In this document: piece by piece, positions 30,175 through 39,266 of the stretch | How positions within the stretch are numbered: position 1 is the stretch's first letter | How the letters are laid out: every line of letters starts with the position of its first letter | From: Nitrospinales bacterium | GTDB taxonomy: Bacteria; Nitrospinota; Nitrospinia; Nitrospinales; VA-1 | NCBI GenBank assembly: GCA_965223345.1 | Contig: CBDCWG010000012.1 | Span: forward strand, 2,528,001 to 2,592,000 | Direction: 5' to 3' | DNA length: 64,000 bases | Position numbers and translations under genes: made by a program | The notes under the pieces: generated by a model | Database searches by the model: none | What the model was told of the DNA's origin: nothing | What the model saw: only the letters and a program-made list of their open reading frames with translations

Positions 30175-30385
30175 CCCTTCGACAAGCCTGGTTTGAGCTT
30201 GTCGAAAACCTCAGGGTGACATAAAAATTAAACGGCAGTTCTACCCCAAATCTTTTTTATCCTGTTAATCCTGTCCCTAATCCTTCCTTTCCGCCCTTTG
30301 CGTCTTTGCGGTTTATAAAAGGATTTCGGTTTTTGCTTTTTCCGTTTTCATCCCAGGATGTTCATCCTGTCCGATACTTTTTTAC
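30175..30385. repeat. Mosaic REP-like intergenic repeat cluster 2 (partly an inverted copy of cluster 1)
   Basis: TTCGACAAGC/GCTTGTCGAA palindrome; ATCCTGTTAATCCTGTCC; CCTTTGCGTCTTTGCGGTT (30295-30313) is the exact reverse complement of 27623-27641. Confidence 0.7.
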
Positions 30386-30393
30386 TTTTTCTT

Positions 30394-31155
30394 TTAATCC
30401 TGCACGCTCTGCCGGTTGATCTTGTGCGCGAGGCAGCCGGCGCCGAAACCGTTGTCGATGTTGACGACGGCCACGCCGGAGGCGCAGCTGTTGAGCATGG
30501 TGAGCAGGGCGGAAAGGCCGCCGAACGAAGCGCCGTAGCCGACGCTGGTGGGGACCGCGATCACCGGGCACTCCACGAGACCGCCCACCACACTGGGCAG
30601 CGCGCCGTCCATGCCCGCTACGGCGACGATGGCGCGCGCCTCCCGCAGGCGGTCGAGCGCATTCAGCAGCCGGTGGATGCCGGCCACGCCCACATCGAAC
30701 AGGGTGTCCACGCGGCTTCCCAAAAGGTCCGCGGTGACGGCGGCTTCTTCGGCCACCGGGATGTCGGAGGTTCCCGCCGAGACCACCAGCACGTTGCCCA
30801 CGCCTTGTTGCTTTTTGCCTTTGCGGACCACCAGGGTTTTTGCGGTTGCGTTGTAGTGCGCGTGTTTCGGCAGCTTCGGTTTCAGCTTTTTGAACGTCTC
30901 CGGCTGCAGCCGGGTGCCGAGGATGTCGCTGCCGGCCTGACTCATCTTTTTGATGATGGCTAGAAGCTGCTTCGGGGTCTTGCCTTCGCAGTAGATGACT
31001 TCGGGCAGGCCGCTTCTCAGATGGCGGTGATGGTCGATGCGGGCGAATTCTAGGTCTTCGAAGGGCAGGTGCTTGAGTTTTTCCAGGCCTTGTTCGGGAG
31101 TCAGTTTCCGCTGGTGCAGGAGGGAAAGGATTTCTTTCAGATCGTCCGCCTTCAT
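30394..31155 (-). CDS. larB: Nickel-pincer cofactor biosynthesis protein (AIR-carboxylase-like)
   Basis: DHHR, PEVIYCEGKT, AGTSDIPVAEEA, DVGVAGIHRL, VPTSVGYG, NIDNGFGA. Confidence 0.93.
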   Translation of the reverse strand: MKADDLKEILSLLHQRKLTPEQGLEKLKHLPFEDLEFARIDHHRHLRSGLPEVIYCEGKTPKQLLAIIKKMSQAGSDILGTRLQPETFKKLKPKLPKHAHYNATAKTLVVRKGKKQQGVGNVLVVSAGTSDIPVAEEAAVTADLLGSRVDTLFDVGVAGIHRLLNALDRLREARAIVAVAGMDGALPSVVGGLVECPVIAVPTSVGYGASFGGLSALLTMLNSCASGVAVVNIDNGFGAGCLAHKINRQSVQD

Positions 31156-32174
31156 TGCAGTCCTTTGACGCCGGAAAACTCCTCGTAGATCTCGACTTTC
31201 ATCAGGTCTTCCAGGGCCTGCTGCGGCGGTTTTTCCTCGTACAGCACACGGTAGGTTTCCTCGATGACGGACGCCTGGATGTTCAGCTTGTTCTTGAGGG
31301 ACCGAGCCGACCGCACGGTGCGGACGCCTTCGGCGACCATCTTCATGTTGCGGGTGATGTCATTGAGTTTTTCGCCTTTGCCGAGCCTGATGCCGACGTT
31401 GCGGTTGCGGCTGAGATCGCCGGTGCAGGTCAGAACCAGATCGCCCATGCCGGACAGGCCGGAGAAGGTCTCCGGCCGCGCTCCCTGGGCGGTGCCGATG
31501 CGCGTGATTTCCACCAAGCCGCGGGTGATGAGGGCGGCGCGCGGGTTGTAGCCGAGCCCCATGCCGTCGGAGATGCCGGTGGCGATGGCGATGACGTTTT
31601 TCAATGCGCCGCCGATCTCCACGCCCATCGGGTCGGTGCTGGTGAACACTTTCATCTTCGGCGTGGAAAAAATCTGCTGCACCCGCTCTGCGATCTGCGG
31701 ATCGCTGGATGCGGCCACCATCGCCGAGGGCGATCCCTGCGCCACTTCCTGGGCGAAGGTCGGGCCGGAAATGGCGGCGGTGGCGTGCGGCGCGTCCAGC
31801 ACCTGATCGAGAATCTGGTGGATGGTGCATAGGGTTTCGTTTTCGATGCCCTTGCTGGCGTTGATGATCAGCGAACCGGGCTGCACGTGCGGCTTCAGCT
31901 GCGTCACGATGTCCCGGATGACGTGGGTGGGGACCACCAGAAGCAGGGTGGATGAGGCGCGAACGGTCTCTTCCAGGGAATGCGAGGGACGGATGCTCTC
32001 CGGAAGCGTGAAGCCGGGCAGAAAAAGGGTGTTTTCCCGTTGCGTCCGGAGCGTCTCGTACAGCTCCCGCTCGTAGACCCAGAGCGAGACGCGATGGCCT
32101 TTGTTCGCCAGAAGCAGGGCGAGTGCGGTGCCCCAGCTTCCGGCCCCGATGACGCCGATGGTTTCAGGAGACAT
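31152..32174 (-). CDS. gpsA: NAD(P)H-dependent glycerol-3-phosphate dehydrogenase
   Basis: GAGSWGTALA, SKGIE, SGPTFA, ALKNVIAI, GDLVLTC, SRN. Confidence 0.96.
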   Translation of the reverse strand: MSPETIGVIGAGSWGTALALLLANKGHRVSLWVYERELYETLRTQRENTLFLPGFTLPESIRPSHSLEETVRASSTLLLVVPTHVIRDIVTQLKPHVQPGSLIINASKGIENETLCTIHQILDQVLDAPHATAAISGPTFAQEVAQGSPSAMVAASSDPQIAERVQQIFSTPKMKVFTSTDPMGVEIGGALKNVIAIATGISDGMGLGYNPRAALITRGLVEITRIGTAQGARPETFSGLSGMGDLVLTCTGDLSRNRNVGIRLGKGEKLNDITRNMKMVAEGVRTVRSARSLKNKLNIQASVIEETYRVLYEEKPPQQALEDLMKVEIYEEFSGVKGLQ

Positions 32175-32405
32175 GGATGCGTGCTGGATGTGGGTTGGAA
32201 ACTTTGCTAAATCAACCGCATTATAGCTAATTTACCGCAGCTTACCAAAACCTGATTTGGGCCGGATTTGCGCCCGAAAAATACCTTGTACGCATATTGC
32301 TTTTTGTGATTAAATTGAGTACAACCATTTGACATACAACCTTTTGCCGTATTTTCACCCCACGGCGGCCTCTTCAGTCCGTCCCAACCCTAAAATCAGG
32401 ATAGC

Positions 32406-33095
32406 ATGGCTCGACGCGAAAAGATTTCCCGCAAGGAACTGCTCAAGGAACCCGACCAATTTTTAACCACGACCGAGAAGGTGGCGGAGTTTTTCACGGA
32501 CCGCGGGCCGATGATCCTGAGCGTGCTGCTCGGGGTGGTGGTCGTCGTCGCCGCGGTGCTGGGGTTCAAGTACAACCGCAAGGTGACACACCTGGAAAAT
32601 GAATCGCTGTATTTCCAGATGCAGAAGATCCAGGCCAAGGCCAAGGACCAGAAGTCTGAGGAAGTGCTGGCGCAACTGAAAGGGCTGCACAAGCAGTTCA
32701 GCTCCGGGCCGCAGAAAAACCGCGCCGACCTGTTGCTGGCCGGCAGTTATTACCAGAACGGCAACCACGACGAGGCGCTGGCGCTTTATTCGGGCATTCT
32801 CGAAGACTCGCCCGCGGGCCATCTTTCCCACCAGCTGGCGCGGGTCGGAATGGCGACAGTGTATGAAGGCAAAAAGGAGTATGCTAAAGCGATGGAGATC
32901 TACAAATCCATCATCGACAACCCCAACGGCTATCCCCTGTTTTCGATCTACCTGGGACTGGCGCGCTGTTACGAGCTGAGCCAGGATTCGGAGAACGCCT
33001 TGAAGGTCTTAAGGGAAGCCAAAGCCAAATTTCACGATCATCCGATGGCGGCCCGCATCGACCGCAAGATCAAAATGCTGTCCGGCACGGCCTGA
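32406..33095 (+). CDS. YfgM-like membrane-anchored TPR protein
   Basis: LKEPDQF N-terminus, single TM, TPR helices. Confidence 0.8.
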   Translation: MARREKISRKELLKEPDQFLTTTEKVAEFFTDRGPMILSVLLGVVVVVAAVLGFKYNRKVTHLENESLYFQMQKIQAKAKDQKSEEVLAQLKGLHKQFSSGPQKNRADLLLAGSYYQNGNHDEALALYSGILEDSPAGHLSHQLARVGMATVYEGKKEYAKAMEIYKSIIDNPNGYPLFSIYLGLARCYELSQDSENALKVLREAKAKFHDHPMAARIDRKIKMLSGTA

Positions 33096-33110
33096 TCCCT
33101 CACTTTCACC

Positions 33111-34190
33111 ATGAACAGGACGTTCTCGCACAAACGACGCCCTCGTTTTTTCCTCTGCGCGGTTTTTTCCCTGCTGTGCGCGTTTTTGTATTTTGCCGTT
33201 CCCGCTTTATCGGTTCCGTTCATCAGCAAGGAAACCGAACTCTCGCTCGGCAAAGGGGCGGACAAGCAGGTGCTGCAGCAGTACGGCATCTACCAGGACA
33301 AAGCCCTGCAACTGTACGTCAACCGCATTGGCCAGAAGCTGGTTTCCGAGCTGACGGATCGGGAGTTCCACCGGTATTTTTTCAAGCTGGTGGACAGCTC
33401 GGAGATCAACGCCTTCGCCCTGCCCGGCGGCTATGTGTACGTGACGCGCGGCCTGCTGGCGGCGCTCAACAGCGAAGCGGAACTGGCCGGCGTGCTGGGG
33501 CATGAGATCGCCCACGTCACCAAGCACCACGGCGCCAAGATGCTGGTGCGCAGCATCGGCGCGCAGATCCTGAGCATCGGCGGCGCCATCGCCAGCCCCA
33601 AGAACGCCGGCAAATGGATCGTCGTGAGCTCCGCCATGTTCCAGCAGATCAACCTCGGCTACGGCCGCGAGGCGGAAATCGAATCGGACGGGCAGGGGAT
33701 GCTGAACGCCACCGAGGCGGGCTACGATCCGCAGGGGATGGTTGACTTCCTCAGGAATCTCAGGCGGCAGGAAATCATGACCGGACAGGCGTACCACAGT
33801 TTTCAGGCGACGCACCCGGACACCAAGGACCGCATCATCAAGGCCGGCGTCATGGCGGAAGGGTTGCGGCGCAAAAACAAAAATCTCGTCTTCAACCGGG
33901 AGGTGTACCTCTCGCAGCTGAAAGGCCTCACCTACGGCGGCAAACGGCACACGAAAGACGACCGCCGCTATGAAGATCAATACATCGACATTTACGAAGT
34001 CAAACCCGGAGACACCTTCCAGAGCATCGCCCACAAAGAGCTCAAGGACAAGCAAAAGGATCTCGATATCACCGTGCTCAACGGCCGCAAAGAGAACAGC
34101 CAGCCCAAACCCGGCGAGCTGATCAAGCTCGTCCGCAAGGGGACTTACAAGAAAAATAGAAGTTTGAATCTCGCCCCCGATTCCCCTTGA
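33111..34190 (+). CDS. M48 metallopeptidase (BepA-like) with C-terminal LysM
   Basis: NAFALPGG, HEIAH, E.ESD, THP..DRI; YEVKPGDTFQSIA. Confidence 0.9.
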   Translation: MNRTFSHKRRPRFFLCAVFSLLCAFLYFAVPALSVPFISKETELSLGKGADKQVLQQYGIYQDKALQLYVNRIGQKLVSELTDREFHRYFFKLVDSSEINAFALPGGYVYVTRGLLAALNSEAELAGVLGHEIAHVTKHHGAKMLVRSIGAQILSIGGAIASPKNAGKWIVVSSAMFQQINLGYGREAEIESDGQGMLNATEAGYDPQGMVDFLRNLRRQEIMTGQAYHSFQATHPDTKDRIIKAGVMAEGLRRKNKNLVFNREVYLSQLKGLTYGGKRHTKDDRRYEDQYIDIYEVKPGDTFQSIAHKELKDKQKDLDITVLNGRKENSQPKPGELIKLVRKGTYKKNRSLNLAPDSP

Positions 34191-34196
34191 TATTCG

Positions 34197-34373
34197 ATGG
34201 AAAAAATTATTACATTAGAAAAAACCTGCACCGTCTTTATCAAGCAGGGGGGCGAAGTCTGCAATCGCCTGAAAAGCGGAACGCGGGTGACCGCAGTCCA
34301 GCAGCGCGACGGCTGGATCAAGATCACCTGGCGTAACGGAAAGAAAAAAGGCTGGATCCAGACCCCGTCCTGA
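34197..34373 (+). CDS. 58-aa SH3b-like small protein (not in ORF track)
   Basis: MEKIITLEKTCTVFIKQGGEVCNRLKSGTRVTAVQQRDGWIKITWRNGKKKGWIQTPS*; starts 7 nt after the M48 stop. Confidence 0.65.
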   Translation: MEKIITLEKTCTVFIKQGGEVCNRLKSGTRVTAVQQRDGWIKITWRNGKKKGWIQTPS

Positions 34374-34482
34374 ATCACCGCATCCCTGGACGACGCCCGC
34401 CATCGACGCGCCGTCAGGAAACCAATGGAAAAAGAACACCGTTTCTTTTTACTGTCCAACCCTAATTTTTTGTGGCCCGGCC

Positions 34483-34674
34483 ATGAGCACTCGAAATTTG
34501 GACGACCTTGACGACGAAGAATTGCTGAGTCTGTTCGATTCGACCAAGAAGCTTCTCGAAGCGGGGAAGGAAAAAGAGGAGTCTTCCATCCGGAAAAAAA
34601 TCGCCAGCATTCAGCAGCGACTCACCACCATCGAGCAGGAAATGAGGATGCGGAGCCTATGGGACGGCGATTGA
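34483..34674 (+). CDS. Small coiled-coil hypothetical protein
   Basis: 63-aa charged helical ORF filling the intergenic space. Confidence 0.65.
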   Translation: MSTRNLDDLDDEELLSLFDSTKKLLEAGKEKEESSIRKKIASIQQRLTTIEQEMRMRSLWDGD

Positions 34675-34706
34675 CCTGCTGAAAGATTCCATTCGATTGC
34701 AAATGC

Positions 34707-34743
34707 AAAAAAAACGGCCCTGCTCCGGGGAGGAACAGGGCCG
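34707..34743 (-). terminator. Intrinsic terminator of the aconitase gene
   Basis: CGGCCCTG/CAGGGCCG stem followed by U8 on the minus strand. Confidence 0.8.
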
Positions 34744-34772
34744 GGTGATACCGTTGTCTCACTGCGTCCGGA

Positions 34773-37031
34773 TTATTTTTTCTGCTGACCCACAAAATTG
34801 AGGGCCGATCCGGCCTTGAACCAGCCGATCTCTTTTTCGTTCAGCGTGTGGTTCACCTGCAGGCTGTCCGACGAACCGTCCGCGTGCTTGACGACCATGG
34901 TCACGGGCTTGCCCGGCGCCAGGTTGTCGAGCCCTTCGAACGTGATCTGATCCTTCTCCTGAATCTTCTCGTAGTCGGCCTTGTCGCTGAAAGTGAAGGG
35001 CAGCACACCCTGCTTTTTCAAGTTGGCCTCGAAGATGCGGGCGTAGGAATTGGCGACAAACGCAAGGCAGCCCATGTGACGGGGCTCCATGGCGGCGTGC
35101 TCGCGGCTGGAACCTTCGCCGAGATTCTCGTCGCCGAACACCACCCACCCCTGTCCACTTTCTTTGAGGCTGCGGGCGATTTTATTCAATTCCACGTTCG
35201 ATTCCCCGTTGGAGGGATGGTTGCCGGTTCCGGTTTCGCCGGTGAAGGCGTTGGTGGCTCCCAGGAACATGTTGTTGGAGATGTTGTCCAGGTGGCCGCG
35301 GAACTTGAGCCACGGGCCCGCCTGCGAGATGTGGTCGGTGGTGCATTTGCCCTTGGCTTTGAGAAGCACGGGCAGATCCTGGTAGTCCTTCACCGGGTCC
35401 TGCTTGGGGAAGGGTTCGAGGAACGCCAGCCGCTCACTGGCCGGGTTGATGACCACTTCGCCGGACATCGTCGGCGCTTCGTAGCCGCTGTCTTTAGACG
35501 CATAGCCGTTCGACGGCAGGATCTCCCCCTGAGGCGGCTGGAACTTGAAGTCCTTGCCGTTCTTGTCTTTCAGGGTGTCGGTCAGCGGGTTGAACTTCAT
35601 CGAGCCGGAAAACGCCATGGCCACGACGAGCTCGGGGCTGCTGATGAAGCCCAGCGTTTCCGGATTGCCGTCGTTTCTCTTGGCGAAGTTGCGGTTGTAG
35701 GAGGTGATGATGCTGTTCTTGTCCCCCTTCTTGATGTCGTCCCGCTTCCATTGACCAATGCAGGGTCCGCAGGCGTTGGCGAGAACCGTGGCGCCCACTT
35801 CCTCGAAATTCTTCAGAATGCCGTCCCGCTTGATGGTCTCGAAGATCTGCTCGGAACCGGGGGTGACCATGAAATTGGTCTGGGCCTTGAGCCCCGCTTC
35901 CTTGGCCTGCTGAACCAGGCTGTTGGCGCGGGTCAGGTCCTCGTAGCTGGAGTTGGTACAGCTGCCGATGAGGGCCGCGGAGATCTTCTCCGGATAGTCT
36001 TTCTCGTCCACCTCGGAGCTCATGGCGCTCACCGGGCGGCCCAGGTCGGGCGTGTGCGGGCCGACGATGTGCGGCTCGAGGGTGGCGAGATCGATTTCGT
36101 GGTACTCGTCGTAGTATTTTTCCGGATCGGCTTCGACTTCCGGATCGGACTTGAGGAATTCCGCGTACTTTTTACAGAGGTCCGCAACCGGTGCGCGGCC
36201 GGTGGCGCGCAGATACGGGTCCATGGTCTCGTCGTAGCCGAAAATGGACGTGGTGGCGCCGATTTCCGCGCCCATATTGGTGACAGTGCCCTTGCTGGTG
36301 GCGCTCAGGGATTGGGCGCCTTCGCCGAAGTACTCGAGGATCTTGCCGGTGCCGCCTTTGACGGTCAGCATGGTGGCGACCTTGAGGATGACGTCCTTGG
36401 AAGCGGTCCAGCCGCTCATTTTGCCTTTCAGCTTGATGCCCACCAGTTTCGGCATTTTGGTCATGAAGGGCTGTCCGGTCATGACATCGACCGCGTCCGC
36501 GCCGCCGACGCCGATGGCGATGGTACCCATGCCGCCCGCGTTGGGGGTGTGGGAGTCGGTGCCGATCATCATGGTGCCGGGCACGGCGTAGTTTTCGTAC
36601 ACCACCTGGTGAATGATGCCGGAGCCGGGCTTCCAGAAGCCCATGCCGTACTTCATGGCGGCGGAACGGAGAAATTCGTACACTTCCTTGTTGGTTTCCT
36701 CGGCGGCCTTCAGGTCCGCCATCGATCCGGTGTAAGCCTGGATCAGGTGGTCACAGTGCACGGTGGTCGGCACGGCCACTTTCGGCATTTTGGCGGACAT
36801 GAACTGCAGAATGGCCATCTGGGCGGTGGCGTCCTGCATGGCCACGCGGTCCGGGTTGAGATAGACGTTGGAGCTGCCGCGCTCCAGTTTGGAAAAATCC
36901 GTCGGTTCCATATGGGAGTAGAGAATTTTTTCGACGATCGTGAGGTTTCGGCCCAGGTTTTTTCGGGCATCCGAGTGGATTTTTTCCAGAGATTGAAATA
37001 ACTTTTCAATGGGTTCAATTTCCAATAACAT
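34773..37031 (-). CDS. acnA: Aconitate hydratase (mitochondrial-like type)
   Basis: DRVAMQDATAQMA, HCDH, DSHTPN, GSCTNSSYED, CGPCIG, TTDHIS, GSSREHAA. Confidence 0.95.
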   Translation of the reverse strand: MLLEIEPIEKLFQSLEKIHSDARKNLGRNLTIVEKILYSHMEPTDFSKLERGSSNVYLNPDRVAMQDATAQMAILQFMSAKMPKVAVPTTVHCDHLIQAYTGSMADLKAAEETNKEVYEFLRSAAMKYGMGFWKPGSGIIHQVVYENYAVPGTMMIGTDSHTPNAGGMGTIAIGVGGADAVDVMTGQPFMTKMPKLVGIKLKGKMSGWTASKDVILKVATMLTVKGGTGKILEYFGEGAQSLSATSKGTVTNMGAEIGATTSIFGYDETMDPYLRATGRAPVADLCKKYAEFLKSDPEVEADPEKYYDEYHEIDLATLEPHIVGPHTPDLGRPVSAMSSEVDEKDYPEKISAALIGSCTNSSYEDLTRANSLVQQAKEAGLKAQTNFMVTPGSEQIFETIKRDGILKNFEEVGATVLANACGPCIGQWKRDDIKKGDKNSIITSYNRNFAKRNDGNPETLGFISSPELVVAMAFSGSMKFNPLTDTLKDKNGKDFKFQPPQGEILPSNGYASKDSGYEAPTMSGEVVINPASERLAFLEPFPKQDPVKDYQDLPVLLKAKGKCTTDHISQAGPWLKFRGHLDNISNNMFLGATNAFTGETGTGNHPSNGESNVELNKIARSLKESGQGWVVFGDENLGEGSSREHAAMEPRHMGCLAFVANSYARIFEANLKKQGVLPFTFSDKADYEKIQEKDQITFEGLDNLAPGKPVTMVVKHADGSSDSLQVNHTLNEKEIGWFKAGSALNFVGQQKK

Positions 37032-37268
37032 TTGTTTTCACCTTTTCAAGATATGGTTGATCCTTGTGACCGACATTAAAAAAACCTGCTGGCAGGCCGT
37101 GAAAAAACGCTACGGACAACGAATAGTGGCTTTGGATGGCCCGATTTTACATGATTCATCGCAAATTTCAATTCTTTTCAGATGCATCGGGGCGGCGAAA
37201 GTTTCTTCAACTGAGGCTGAAAATTCAAAAATTTATAATTTTTTCCGCGAATAGCGTATAGTAACCGC

Positions 37269-38045
37269 ATGCCCTCGATTTTCGACTCCGCCGCGTTCAA
37301 CCAGAACCTGTTTTTTCCGCGTTCCGACGGCGCGCCCACTCCCCGGAATACGGAAGAGTTTTTCATCCCCGTGGACGATGCGGTGCAGGTGCACGCCCGC
37401 CGCTATCTCGCGCCCGATTCCGGTTTCAGCCTGTTGTTTTTTCACGGCAACGGCGAGATCGTCTCCGATTACGACGGGCTGAGCGAGGTGTTTTCGCAGC
37501 TGGGAGGGGAACTGACGGTCTGCGATTACCGGGGCTACGGCAAGAGCGAGGGAACGCCCACGCTGCGGACGACGCTTCAGGATGCGCATGCGATCTACAA
37601 GTACCTGAAGGAAAACGGCAAACTGAAGGACCGGGTTTGTGTGATGGGCCGCTCTCTGGGCAGCGCCCCCGCCATCGAGCTGTGTTCCTCGTATCCGGAA
37701 ATCGCCGCCTGTGTGCTGGAAAGCGGCTACGCCGATCCCATTCCGCTGGTGGAGCGGCGCGGGCTCAAGATCGACGCCATCACGGACGAAGAGGACCGGC
37801 TGTTCAACAACAGCACGAAAATAAAGAAACTGGCCTGCCCCCTGCTGGTCATGCATGGGGAGGAGGATTTTCTCATCGGTCCGCATGAGGCGAGGCTCAA
37901 CCACGAGCAGGCCGGCTCCCGGGTGAAGTACCTGGAAATCCTGGAAGGGGTGGGGCACAACGACATGATGATGGCCCCCGATCATGGCTATTTCGCCTGC
38001 TTGAAGCATTTTTTCGACGCACACCTGGTGGGTGGGCCTAGCTAA
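37269..38045 (+). CDS. Alpha/beta hydrolase
   Basis: FFHGNGE, DYRGYG, GRSLG nucleophile elbow, HGEED, GHND. Confidence 0.92.
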   Translation: MPSIFDSAAFNQNLFFPRSDGAPTPRNTEEFFIPVDDAVQVHARRYLAPDSGFSLLFFHGNGEIVSDYDGLSEVFSQLGGELTVCDYRGYGKSEGTPTLRTTLQDAHAIYKYLKENGKLKDRVCVMGRSLGSAPAIELCSSYPEIAACVLESGYADPIPLVERRGLKIDAITDEEDRLFNNSTKIKKLACPLLVMHGEEDFLIGPHEARLNHEQAGSRVKYLEILEGVGHNDMMMAPDHGYFACLKHFFDAHLVGGPS

Positions 38046-38057
38046 ACAGGAAGATTC

Positions 38058-39251
38058 ATGCAGAAAAAGTTCTACAACATCGAAGGTCTCATCCGTAACG
38101 GCTTCAAGCTCAGCCGGGATTACGAAATCCTCGATTTCCATTTCGTGAAGCTCGGGGATCCGGGCGTGCAGGCGCTGGCCAAATCGCGCTCGATCAAGCA
38201 GATCACCCGCCTCACGCTCAGCCACAACAAGCTGGGGCCGGACGCCGCGAAGGCGCTGGCGGAATCCCCGGCGTTGCAGAACCTGCAATCGCTGAAACTC
38301 TATAAAAACAAGATCGGCGACGAAGGCGTGCGCTACCTGTGCGAGTCGGAAAAATTTCCGAGCCTGCAATCGCTGCGGCTGGCGTGGAACGAAATCGGTC
38401 CCGAAGGCGCGCGCCATGTGGCGGAGTGCGAAAAACTACAGGGGTTGACGTCTCTCAGCCTGGCGGAGAACAAGATCGGCGATGCGGGGATGAAGCATCT
38501 GGCCGGGGCGCAGGGGTTTCCCAACCTGGAATACCTGGATGTGCGCAAAAACGGCATCACCGACGCCGGCGCCAAAGAGATGGTGCAGGCGAAGGGATAC
38601 CCGAAGCTGCAGTCGATCGACATCTCGGACAACCCCATCACGCAGGAAGGCAGGGACGCGATTTCCGGTTTCCTGATCCTGAACCTGATCCGCCACCGCC
38701 TGAACGAAGACAAGAGCGTGCTGGATCTCAGCAAGCTCGGCATCGGCGATCTGGAATGCAAGTACATCGCTGAATGCGAGGAGCTGGAAAACCTCGACAA
38801 GCTGTATCTGGAGATCAACAAGATCACGGCGGAAGGGGTGCGGCATCTGGCCGCCTCGCCGTACCTGAAAAACCTCACACTGCTGTCGCTGGACCGCAAC
38901 CCGATCAAGGACGAGGGCGTGACGGCGATCGCCGAATCCGAAACCTTCGAAAATCTCAAGATCCTAATGATCGAGTTCACCGGCCTCACCGACGCCGGAC
39001 TGATCGCCATCGCCGAATCCGAACACATGGCGAAAATGCTCCGTCTCTATATCGAGTCCAACCAGTACACCGATGAGGGATTTTACGCGCTGGGCGAGTC
39101 GGAACACCTGACCGAACTGGAATATCCCGAGTTCGAGCGCGAGGAAGAGATCGTCGAGGAAGAGGAAGACGAGGAAGAATTCGAAGAGGTCGAGGAAATC
39201 GTCGAGGTGGAAGAAGAGGAAGACCTCGACGATGCGGAGTATGAGAAGTGA
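38058..39251 (+). CDS. Leucine-rich repeat protein with acidic tail
   Basis: Two blocks of ~28-aa LRRs; ~35-aa Glu-rich C-terminus. Confidence 0.9.
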   Translation: MQKKFYNIEGLIRNGFKLSRDYEILDFHFVKLGDPGVQALAKSRSIKQITRLTLSHNKLGPDAAKALAESPALQNLQSLKLYKNKIGDEGVRYLCESEKFPSLQSLRLAWNEIGPEGARHVAECEKLQGLTSLSLAENKIGDAGMKHLAGAQGFPNLEYLDVRKNGITDAGAKEMVQAKGYPKLQSIDISDNPITQEGRDAISGFLILNLIRHRLNEDKSVLDLSKLGIGDLECKYIAECEELENLDKLYLEINKITAEGVRHLAASPYLKNLTLLSLDRNPIKDEGVTAIAESETFENLKILMIEFTGLTDAGLIAIAESEHMAKMLRLYIESNQYTDEGFYALGESEHLTELEYPEFEREEEIVEEEEDEEEFEEVEEIVEVEEEEDLDDAEYEK

Positions 39252-39266
39252 CCCTCACGCGGGCGG

